From Lama guanicoe (Eukaryota), in assembly GCA_013239625.1 (NCBI GenBank), contig MU053588.1, forward strand, positions 3,872,799 to 3,936,798: a DNA stretch of 64,000 nucleotides, given 5' to 3'. This document shows positions 53,551 through 64,000 of the stretch, piece after piece (positions within the stretch are counted from its first letter, which is position 1; the number at the start of each line of letters is the position of its first letter). The position numbers and the translations under genes were made by a program. The notes under the pieces were generated by a model, which saw only the letters and a list, made by a program, of their open reading frames with translations, was not told the DNA's origin and did not search any database.

Positions 53551-54504
53551 TTAAAAATTATGTAGACTTACAACAAAGTGAATACATTTAGAAAACTAAG
53601 GTAATAAATATCCAACATGTTACTTCCTAATTATTAACTATCCTCTTGAGATTATGTCTATTGCATCTGTTTGGTGGAAATACTGTATCATGGTATACTA
53701 CTGTCCATCTCTTCCCAACTCCACCTGCAGGAATACCACATTGGTAGCTAGAAATTGGCCATGACCAGAACTGTTCACACCATGGGAACTGACAATTGCA
53801 ACAAATCAGGGCTTGATTTACTGTTTTGTTGATTGGGGGTTGGGGAGCTCCCCAAAGTCCTACCTCCTCCTTCTGCAATGTCCCCCTAGTGCCGTTTCCT
53901 GGTAAGGCTTACCATTGTGAGCTGAGGCAAAAAATTGATAACAGAAAAAAATGACATACCACATTTTCACTTATCAAATTTAAAAAACAAATGTACATAG
54001 TATACAGTATCGTTGAGAATGTGGCAGAAATGAGAACTCTCATAGGTAGCTATTGGTAATGACAACAACCTTTTTACAATTGAGTTGAATTAGTAACTAT
54101 TACAATGTCTGAAAACAAACCCCTAATCAATGAGCATTTTTACATTTAAGAATACAGCTTACAAAAATGCTGACTTGAAGGGAAAAGGTATGGATATAGT
54201 AATGCTTACTGAAGCCATGTCTGTAATACTGAAGAACTGAAACCAACCTCAGTGTTCATCTTTTGAGGAATTGTTAATCTCAGTTGACCAATATGGTAGC
54301 TATTTGTGGCTATTTAAAGTTATTAAAATTAAATAAAATTTAATAGTCAGTTACTTAGTCAGTCTAGTCACATTTCAAATGCTCAGTAGCCAGTGTGAGT
54401 AGTCATTACTATATTGGACAACATAGATATAAATAAAACATTATCAGCATCACAGAAAGTTATACTGGACAGTTAGATAATAATTCAACATTTAAAAGGG
54501 GTTA

Positions 54505-54942
54505 AATCTCTATATTCCACTCTGGGAATAAATCTGAAAAAAACCAAAAACACTAATTTGAAAAGATACATGCACCCCAGTGTTCATAGCAACATTATTT
54601 AAAATTGCCAAGATATGGAAGCAACGTGTGTCCGTCAACAGATGAATGGATAAAGAAGATGTGGCATATATATATATATATAGTACTCAACCATAAGAAT
54701 GAAATTTTGTCATTTGCAGCAACATGGATGGACTTAGAGGGCATCATGCTAGGTGAAGTAAGTTAGAGAAAAAACAAATGCTGTATGATTTCACTCATAT
54801 GTGGAATATAAAAACCAAACAAAAAACAAAATAATGAACAAATCCAACCAAATCTAACCAAACATGTAGATATAGAGAACAGAATGGCAGTTACCAGAGT
54901 GGGAGGCAAGTGGTGGGGTGGAAAGTGAAATGGGTAAAGTGT
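54505..54942 (+). mobile_element. L1 3' fragment
   Basis: AAAGATACATGCACCCCAGTGTTCATAGCA...GCAACATGGATGGACTTAGAGGG. Confidence 0.85.
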
Positions 54943-54944
54943 GT

Positions 54945-55196
54945 GTGCGAGTCAACCACACTGACTCCATTCTGCCAGCTCCATCTCGCCCACAGTCCTA
55001 CTCCCATGCCTCTCAGCATGACTGAAACGTAGCCCACTCACAAAGGCTGCGCCCAGTGTCACTGTTTGTTTTCTTCTCCGGAGTAGATCCTTGGAGCTAC
55101 ATGAGAGGCTGTCTGCTGGGCTATAGTTCTGAGTTTGGCTCAAATGACTCTTTTCTATTCCAAGTATAGGTGGCTTAGTGATGATTTCCGTCGACA
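54945..55196 (+). mobile_element. Short LTR-like insertion in the L1 tail
   Basis: Ends ...TTTCCGTCGACA; similar to the 45354-45756 element. Confidence 0.5.
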
Positions 55197-56639
55197 GATG
55201 GATGTATGGATAAAAGGAAAGATGGACTGATGGATGAATAGAAAAGAAAGCAGGGGTGGCCATACTTACATTACACAAAATACACTTTGTCAAAATTTCA
55301 AGCAGGGCATAAAAATACCAAGTGAAAATACCTGAAAGCCTATTACCTTGTGATAATGATCTTGAGTATTTCTTAGTATCTTCTAACGCATACACATGTA
55401 AATAACAGAGATGTATGTATGTATTTTATTTTAAACTTTTAACAGGCATTTTTCTTACATCACTTACCAGTTTCTCCTCTGTACATACTTTCACAAGCCC
55501 CTGCACTCTCCTTGTGTAGAACAGTGTTAAAAATCTGGCATACATATCCCATAACTTTCTCCATGTTCATACAATTATTCATATACAAATGTACACAGTT
55601 GCCTTCAACCTCTATATCAAAACATATTTAAATTTCATCACAAGTAAATTATTTATAACTAATGAGGAATATATTTTGAAAGTATACAATTATGTAAATA
55701 CAATCCAACTTAAGAAATAGAATACACAAAATAACTCAGAATCCTTCTGCAAACTTATCTCTTCATCTTCCTGCCTTCCTGTAGTTTCTGCATTCCTGAA
55801 TTTTCTCATATCCTGTTTTTTTTTAAAATTATGTACCATTTATGCACAAAATACCATTTATTTTGCCTCTTTTTAAAGTTTTATGAATGGAATTATACAG
55901 TATGTATATTTCTGATTTGTTGCTCATCATATTTGTTAAATTCTGTAGCTTTCACTGCTGTGCACTATTCCACTGTATAGGTCCTCCACACCTAATTATC
56001 CATCTTTGATTCATTATAAAATATCCAAATTTTTGGCAGGTAAGTTGCAAACCTTTTTCTGCATGTTAAATTTGATTCTTCCAAGACGATGTAGTAACAC
56101 TATTTTATAGGTAACAAAATTGTGGACTATTGTCACACACTGTCACAACACACAGTCACATATAGTGGCTGGTAGTCACATAATCAAACTAACACATACC
56201 AAGCGAGGCAACATTGTAGTTTTTCAATCCCAGCTGGATGGTGGTCTACTTTCACAATCAAAAGAAAAGCGTATCAGGAAAAATATCTCACAAATATTGT
56301 CACCTTCAGTTACTGACATTAAGAGAAACATACAAAGTCACAGACCTCAAGTCTCAGTCCTACAGACACCTCCTCAAGGTCCCCATGGGCACAATTACCA
56401 TTTACGACCACTTATTGTTGCTTTCCAACAGTGGCATATAGTATCTAACATAAACCACCTTACCCCAAAGGAAACAAAGATTCATATTTGCAGAAACTAC
56501 CCCATGAATATAAACAACTCTACAGAGTTCCAGACACCGAATCGGACCCACAAACTCACACAAAGCAAGACACACTCATTTTTTCAACTGCCAGACCCTG
56601 CTCCAGTCTCTTGTACCTCGCTTAACGCGCCATGTCTCA

Positions 56640-57300
56640 GCTTACCGAGGGGTCCCTGGTCACCTCCCACCCCATTCCCATCCCCACCCGCTCTGGATTC
56701 CACAATGGGTTCCTCAGCTTTCGCTGAGACCCTTTTAATTCGCCCTCGGCCACGATAAAGACAAATGAGCCATCAGGTTCGCGCAAGACACGAATGTCTC
56801 CCTCCACCAAAGACCAGAAATCCCGGCGACCTTTGGAAAACCTTCCTCTGATAGGCAGAGCCGAGTTGCATGCTGGGAGCTTCCGGGGCTTCACCTACTG
56901 CGGACTACATTTCCCAGAAGTCGCCGAGCTCAGGTTTTCGCTGGGTGGGGCCAGTTTGCCTAGGAAGAGTGCTTTGAACCGCCTGGCTCCGAGCCTCCGA
57001 GGATTTTCCGGCTCTTATTTCCCATGAGCCTCTGGGCGCAAATTAACCTCCGTCTCTAGGTCCCTTTCCGGTGTCTTCAAGGTGCTTGGACTTTGGGCGG
57101 TGAGTTGGACCTGTCCGAGGAAGTAGTCAGTGCAGAATGAGGGTGGGAGGGCTCCGGCGACTTCACCAGAGCCGGGTCGCAACCAGCAGTGAGGGTAGGG
57201 TGGGGTGACACTGGGAGGCGCTCGGGGTAAGAAGGTCCTTGTCACGGACAGGCGCCTCAGGGCGTGTCGTGTCTGGAGCCTCAGTCTTGTGTGTGAGAAG
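56640..57300 (+). promoter_or_regulatory. CpG promoter and non-coding exon 1 (ending 57099) of a probable KRAB zinc-finger gene, likely ZNF283 by synteny
   Basis: GGACTACATTTCCCAGAAG 56902-56920, GCATGCTGGGA 56868-56878, ETS TTCCGG motifs, GCG|GTGAGT donor at 57100; no KRAB or zinc-finger exon seen in the window. Confidence 0.65.
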
Positions 57301-57692
57301 AGTAGTGCGTGACAGATGGCGTGACAGGGCCCGGGGGTGTCTCCCTCACGGTGTGTGCCTTTGGGAATATGTTGGTGGGATGATGAGGTGCGTGGCCTTA
57401 TTTGTAGGTTCAGTTTGCTTTGGCTGTGTGCTCTGGGTTCCCGCTAGACTGTCTTAGGGACTGCCGAAGTTAAATGACCGCCATAAAAGAAGTCCTGTAC
57501 TAAGCCCTAGAATGTACGTTTCCAGCAAGGAGGCAGAGATCTAGTCTTGGAATGAGAATTTTACATCTGGAAGTGTCCTCGTGACCGGTTTCTGGGAAGA
57601 CATGATGGGAAGGAAAGTCCAGGAGGTAGAATTCCTAGAAGGGGGCACTTCCTTTGATACAGGAAAAACAAATGTGGGGCAAGAGCAGGGCC

Positions 57693-58297
57693 ATGTCCCA
57701 GGTCTCAGTTGAGTCCCTGAGATGTGCCCCCGCTTCATAGAGGAAAGAATTCAGGAGTGGGCCACAGCTGAGTAAAGGTAGGTTTTTTTAGGGAGATACA
57801 TATTACATAGAGTGTAGGCTGTTTCAGAAGGTGAGAGAAAGGCCTCGAGGTGTAGGGGTTGGGTGCTCAAGTTAAAGTAAAAGTAGATACACACTGTGTA
57901 GGCAGAGTGTGGGCGTCTCCCAAGAGGAGGGAGCAAGAAAGGCAGCGAGGCGCCGTGTTGCTAGTTTTTATGGGCTGCGTAGCTTCATGTGCCAAGAAGT
58001 GGGAGAACCATTCCAACTACTCTGGGGAAGGGGCTGGGATCCCCAGGAATTGGGCCACCATCCACTCTTCGACCTTTTATGGTCAACCTCAAAGCTGTCG
58101 TAGTGCCAGTGGGAGTGTCATTTACCATGTCAGTAATATAATGAGCACATAATGAAGCTCAAGGTCTACTAGAAGTCAAATGTCCCACCATCTTGAGCCT
58201 CAAGGCCTAGTGGGAGTTGAATCTTCCACCATTTTGGTGTTAATTGCTCTATCATTCCTTGAATGGCTATGCCTTGCCCTACTTTCCTCCTGTCTCA
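57693..58297 (-). mobile_element. Solo LTR (ERV1-like) in intron 1 of the plus-strand gene
   Basis: TG...CA termini about 600 bp apart, LTR-like composition. Confidence 0.55.
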
Positions 58298-59761
58298 CCC
58301 TAGGGGCCAACTACACATTTCAGAGCCACTGGAACTAGACTTCTGTCCCCAGGAACTGCTGTCAACTCAATTCCAGCTTCCCCTTTAATTCCATTTGTTT
58401 ATGTGTGGATAAAGGCAAATGTAGCCTGGGAGGTTGTTTCACTTCTGTTTTGTTTTTGGTTTTGTTTTTAGTTGAGTCTCCCAGTGTTCCAAGAAATACT
58501 AGTGTCTCGTGGTTTCTTTTTTTCCCCCTCTTGCTGCTCGGTTTCTAAAAAGGACCATGAGGAGGAGGGGAAATTGTTGCATATTTAGAAATCACAGATC
58601 TGAGTTTTCCAGAGAGATAATATGGAATGTGGGATTTCTTGGTCTCAGCATCAATTTGTATGAGATCACAGGCTTTGTGAGCGTTCAGGATTAGAGTGGG
58701 GAGTGAATGGTTCTTTCCAGGGACTCTCTAGACAATAAACACCAGTGTCAAAGCCCATTTTGTTATTGGCCAGGATGTGCCATCTGTGCCATGTCTGATA
58801 TCCTTTATCAATATCCTCCAACTTGGGGACAAGGAGTATGTTAAGTGATGAGTGGTTGATGATACCATGTAAGAAAATGATCTAGACTCCTAACTGCTGG
58901 GTGACAATAGACTCCTAGAATTAAGAAAATCTTTAGAAGTTTTGTTCAAACTAAATGTATAATAGTTACTGGTCTCTTATATCCATATGATGAACTGAAT
59001 TACAGCTCATAAACATTTTGTGTATTCATCATAATAAGAAAAATGCTTGTGATGTAGTCTAATCGAATGATTCACTTGAGGCTTAATGATAATTCTTTAT
59101 GGAAATCATTTTTCTAAAACAGATTTTATAGTACATTTGGGGAAAAAGTCTTTTTTTGTGTGTTTCTTAGAGGGAAAAGATGGTATAGCAGTTCACATTT
59201 ATAAGGAATTTATGAAACAGGCACCTAGCAGGTTGTATATATGTATATACACCCATAAACACCTGTATCACTTACCAGCACACACTATTTTTATTTAATA
59301 AAAGAGAAGCTGGGATTATTTTATATATTATTAGATCTGGATAGCTGAGTTATCTCACAGTATCCAGGAAATTTTTTCTGCTGTAACTGGATTCTTCTAG
59401 AACATGGAAATGCTCTGCTTTAGTCCTATTAATTTTCTTACTTTTCCCTACCTGTACATCTCACAGTGATTGTTATATTTTCCTCTTCTTATAGTTTATC
59501 CTTCATAATCCTCATTTTTCCCCCCTTGGAAATATTTTCTGAAATTCTTAAATGTCTTTAATTTCACAAGTAATGTGTGGCCATCATTAAAAAGTCCACA
59601 CTTTCTCCAGTATTTATTATTCATGGACTTTTTAACGATGGCTGTTCTGACTGGTGTGAGGTGATACCTCATTGTAGTTTTTCTTTGCATTTCTCTGATA
59701 ATTAGCAATAAATTAAGGAGTTTTGTTTGTAAACTTTTTCTCAAAATCTTGTGAATATCAG

Positions 59762-61012
59762 GAGAAAAGACTGTCTCTTCAATAAGTGGTGCTAGGAAAC
59801 CTGGACATGTAAAAGAATGAAATTAGAACACTCTCTGACACCATATACAAAAATAAAATCAAAATGGATTAAAGACCTAAATGGAAGATCAGATACTATA
59901 AAACTCCTAGAGGAAAACATAGGCAGAACACTGACATAAATCACAGCAATATTTTTTTTTAGATCTGCCTCCTAAAGTAAAGAAAACAAAAGCAAAAATA
60001 AACTTATGGGACCTAATTAAACTTAAAAGCTTTTGTACACAAAGGAAACCATTGACAAAATGAAAAGACAGTTCTACTGAATGGGAGAAGATCATTGCAA
60101 ATAAGGGGTTAATATCCAATGTATTAAACAGCTCATACAACTCAACGTCAAAAAAACAAGTAACCTGATTAGAAAATGGGCGGGAGAACTGAATAGACAT
60201 TTTTCCAAAGAGGAAATGTAGAAGGCCAACAGGCACACAGAAAGATGCTCAACATCACAAATCATCAAGGACATGAAAGTCAAATCAACAACGAGATATC
60301 GCATCACACCAGTCAGAATGGCTATCATCAAAAAGAACACAAATAACAAATGTTGGCAAGAATGTGGAGAAAAGGGAACCTTTGTACATTGTTGGTGGGA
60401 ATGTAAATTGGTGCAGCAACTGTGGAAAACAGTATGGAGGTTTCTCAAAAAACTACAAATAGAACTACCATATGACCCAGCAATTCTTCTTCTGGATATA
60501 TATCTGAAAAAAAAACACTAATTCAAGAAGATACATGCACCCCAATGTTCACAGCAGCGTTATTTACAATTGCCAAGGTATAGAAGCAATCTAAGTGTCC
60601 ATCAACAAATGGATAGAGATGTGGTATATATTCACAATGGAATACTACCCAGCCATAAAAAGAATGAAAATCTGCCATTTGCAGCAACATGGATGGACTT
60701 GGAGGGCATTATGCTAAGTGAAATAAGTCAGAGAAAGACAAATACTGTATGATATCACTTATATGTGGAATCTAAAAAATACCTCAAACTAGTGAACAAA
60801 AAGAAGAAAAGAAGCCGACTCACAGATATAGAGAACAAACTAGTGGTAACCAGTGGGGAAAGGAATGGGAGGAGGGGCAGTATAGGGGTAGGGAGGACAA
60901 AAGGGTTTTTATGAGATTACATTAAGTCATGTGTGTGAAATTTTTGAAAATTGTAAAACACCACAGAATTTAAAGAACCTTTTTATTCAATAAAAATCAA
61001 CTAAAAAAGAAA
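59762..61012 (+). mobile_element. 5'-truncated L1 with TSD
   Basis: ORF2 remnants ([15 protein letters not shown]...[10 protein letters not shown]); 15-bp TSD TCTTGTGAATATCAG (59747-59761 and 61017-61031). Confidence 0.92.
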
Positions 61013-61769
61013 CAAGTCTTGTGAATATCAGTTATTATATCTACATAATTATTAATATCTATCAAGTTTTCCAATTTTTTTTGGACTACAATACTTTATC
61101 TTTCTGTACACAATTGTTGTTGATCATTTTCAAACCTTGTTAATATAAATAATCCTATAGAAATGTACTTTTTTCACTCTAGTTTATCTCATTAACATGA
61201 GATATATAGATGGATTGCTGGACTTAAATATATGCTTATTTTAAATAAGGATGTAACATACTCTCTGCAAAAGTTATGTATGGTTTATTTATCACCAAAA
61301 TTGATTAGGGATTAATAGCACATCAAAATTAAGATACAATGGATATTATTTTAATAAAAACTTGCTAGTGTCAGTTTTAAGGCCAATATGACATATTTTA
61401 TAACATTTTTATTTGTCGTAAGCTAGACAGTTTTTATGTACACATTCATTCATTTTTTATTCCTCTTTTATTAAATCTCCATTTCTATCCTTAGCTCATT
61501 CTTTTTACATTGATGTATTCATATGTATATTATTTTAAAAATTAAGTTCAGTATTTTGTTTCTCATAGTTGGAACAAAAATTTTCCACTTAATTTGCTTT
61601 AACGTTGCTCAAGGGGATATTGAAATAGGAGCTTTACTATTTTCATAGGTAAGTTTATTCATTATTTACTTTGTTTTCTACTTGGATGTCATGCACCCAC
61701 ACACGGATTATAAAAGCCTTCTTTTATATTTTATAAATATATTGGTAGTCTATGTTTCTTTCGTTATTT

Positions 61770-63171
61770 TTCTTATTATGGTTAAAATACATATTATAAT
61801 GTTTACCATTTTAACCATTTTTAAGTGTTCAGCTCAGTAGGACTAAGCAATTCACACTACCACTATCCATCTCCAGACCCTCTGTATCATCCAAAACTGA
61901 AACTATGTACTTATCAAACAGTGACTCCCCTTCACCCCAGCCTCTGCTCCCGTAAGCCCCTGGTAACCACATTCTACTTTCTGTCTCTGAATTTGACTGT
62001 TCTGAGTACCTTATATAAGTGAAATCATACAATATTTGATATTTTGTGTCTGGCTTATTTCATTTAGCATAATATTTTCAGGGTTTCCATGTGGTAGCAT
62101 GTATTAAAATTGTACTCCTTTTTAAAGCTGAATAATATTTCATAATATGTGTAAACTACATTTTGTTTATGCACTCATCTATTGTGTACATGTGTTTTTT
62201 TCCACCACCTTTGGCTACTGTAATGTTGCTATGAACACTGGTGTACAAATATCCATTTAAATTCTTGCCTTCAGTTCTTTTGGGTATATACCTTAAAGTG
62301 GGATTGTTGGATTACAGGGTAATTCTATGTCAGAATTTTCGAGGAACCACCATATTGTTTTCCACAGCAGCTGCACCGTTTTACATTCCTACCAGCAATG
62401 CACAAGAGTTCTAATTTCTCCACATCCTCACCAACACTTGTCATTATCTTTTTTCTTTTATAATAGTAGCCATCATAATGCATGTGAAGTGGTATCTAAT
62501 TGTGGTTTTGATTTGCATTTCCCCAATAATGAATGATATTGATCATCTTTTCATGTTCTTTTTGGCCATTTGTATATTTTCATGGAAGAAATATCTATTC
62601 ATTTGCTCACTTAAGAATGGGGTTGTTTGTTTTCTATTGTTGAGTTGTAGAAATTCTTTATATATTTTGGATATTAATTTCCTGTCAGATAAATAATTTG
62701 AAAATCTTTTTCCCTTTCTGAGGGTTGCCTTTTTACTACATTTATATTTACCTTTGATGCACAAAAGTATTTAATTTTGATGAAGTCCAATTGATTTATT
62801 TTTTCTGTGCTTGCAGTATCATGTCCAAGAAATTGTTGCCAAATCCAGTGTCATGAAGATTCCCCTATATGTTTTATTTTAAGAGTTTTATAGTATTAAC
62901 TCTTACTTTTAAATCTTTGATCCATTTTGAGTTAATTTTTGATTATGGTGTGAGGTACGTGTCCAAATTCATTCTTCTGCATGTAGGTGTCTCGTTTTCC
63001 CAGCACCATTTGTTGAAGAGACTGTTCTTTCCCCCATTGAATGGTCTTAGCCCCCTTGTCAAAATCAATTGACGGTCCATGTGTGAGTTTTTATGGACTC
63101 TGAATTCTGTTCCATTGATCTGTATGCCTGTCTTTATGTCAGCAACACAGTTTTTTATTATGATACCTTTG
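61770..63171 (-). mobile_element. Older L1 (L1MA/MB-like), interrupted by the provirus
   Basis: Antisense L1 ORF2/3' UTR sequence, e.g. CCAGCACCATTTGTTGAAGAGACT, ending abruptly at the LTR TG. Confidence 0.85.
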
Positions 63172-64000
63172 TGTAGGCCCCCGCCTGAAGGCTCTAGAGA
63201 ATAAGCTGTGGGCTGAACTGATAAACAAGCTGTGAGGAATGTCATCATGTATCCAGTATAGATGGCTGGATAGTCAATGACGGGTAAGATCCTCAGAGGA
63301 GGACAACCTAAGACAGGCACAGCCGGCTGGATGAGAGATGGCCTACTTAATGAAGTTTCGTGACGAACTTTAAAACAGTCTGTCCTTGATCATGTAACAT
63401 CCTGTGCTTACTGCAGGAACTTGGGGACCTAAATAGATTAAGATTATTAACATTGTCATAACTTAGATGATATGTGAGGCATCGTGCATGTCCTATATAA
63501 ACCTTTTTCCAAGAGTCAATAAACAGAGAACTGCTTCGCTTCTCTCCACATGGTGTTCGTGTGTACATGATATCGCGCCACCGACATTTGGTGACCCCGA
63601 CGTGATATCAGCGTGGTGACTACATGTAAGTAAGGGGAAAAATTTATATCGGGGACTTTCAGCCTATCAGGTGCGCCGCAATGTAACTATGGGACAGCAG
63701 CTGACAGTACAGCAGAGGATTTATTTCCGTATTCGGCAGCAATTGTTAAAGGCTATTTCAAAGCAGGGCACCCTCCCAGGGGCCCCTCAAAAACAAATAT
63801 AGGAAATCACTGTCAGCCAAAGTCCCATCTCACCATTTCTGACCTCATCACATCTTCCCCCGGGAGTGCAAGTTTAGATCTAATGACTATTGATAATGAG
63901 TTGATACATGACAGTAATAAAACCTACTTAATCTCTACTGGAGTTCTGGGTATTTTGGATTGCTATTAGGGAGATTATCTGTGGGCTTAAACGGGTTAAC
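63172..64000 (+). mobile_element. 5' end of a betaretrovirus-like endogenous provirus (LTR 63172-63586, PBS-Trp 63589-63606, deleted gag, dUTPase relic)
   Basis: TGTAG...CGACA termini, TATATAA 63494-63500, AATAAA 63518-63523, PBS TGGTGACCCCGACGTGAT, donor GTAAGT 63626, MGQQL... start at 63689, dUTPase motifs PGSASLDL, STG and FGLLLGR. Confidence 0.9.
63689..64000 (+). pseudogene. Defective retroviral gag (37-aa MA/C-terminus fusion, 63689-63802) and frameshifted dUTPase-pro
   Basis: MGQQLTVQQRIYFRIRQQLLKAISKQGTLPGAPQKQI*; -1 frame reads TISDLITSSPGSASLDL...YLISTGVLG, then a frameshift to YFGLLLGRLSVGLNGL. Confidence 0.8.

Noticed and set aside
56120..56758. 212-aa plus-strand ORF, plus the 191-aa ORF at 52629 and 189-aa ORF at 32256
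   Set aside because: Arise from CA- or CT-rich low-complexity DNA; no recognisable domain or exon structure
57100..63171. Search for KRAB-A/B or zinc-finger coding exons
   Set aside because: No VTFxDVAxxF or C2H2 motif seen; gene identity rests on synteny, so no CDS was called

Overview
Mammalian genomic DNA, not prokaryotic. It is most likely a camelid, inferred from seven copies of a tRNA-Ala-like SINE resembling the camelid Vic family. The region is syntenic with human 19q13.31. On the minus strand it holds the 5' part of SMG9 (coding exons 2-6 and CpG-island promoter; the rest lies left of the window), the complete KCNN4 Gardos channel gene (8 coding exons, 428 aa, plus a 3'-UTR exon) and the complete LYPD5 gene (5 exons, 256 aa). 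These are followed by two ZNF143-type promoters; the second probably starts ZNF283 on the plus strand (named by synteny only). All coding exons were checked by hand for GT-AG boundaries and reading phase. Intergenic and intronic DNA is rich in SINE, L1, L2, MIR, LTR and DNA-transposon relics. The most notable element is a provirus at the right edge: a 415-bp LTR, a perfect 18-nt tRNA-Trp primer-binding site, a betaretrovirus-like Gag start, a large in-frame gag deletion and a dUTPase. Other highlights: a cryptic ~42-bp degenerate tandem array in SMG9 intron 1, an 80-bp inverted MSR1-like repeat bracketing LYPD5 exon 1, a tandem RE1/NRSE pair upstream of KCNN4, and a Ser at the KCNN4 position equivalent to human Ala322. 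Comparisons with human proteins and repeat families are from memory and need database confirmation.
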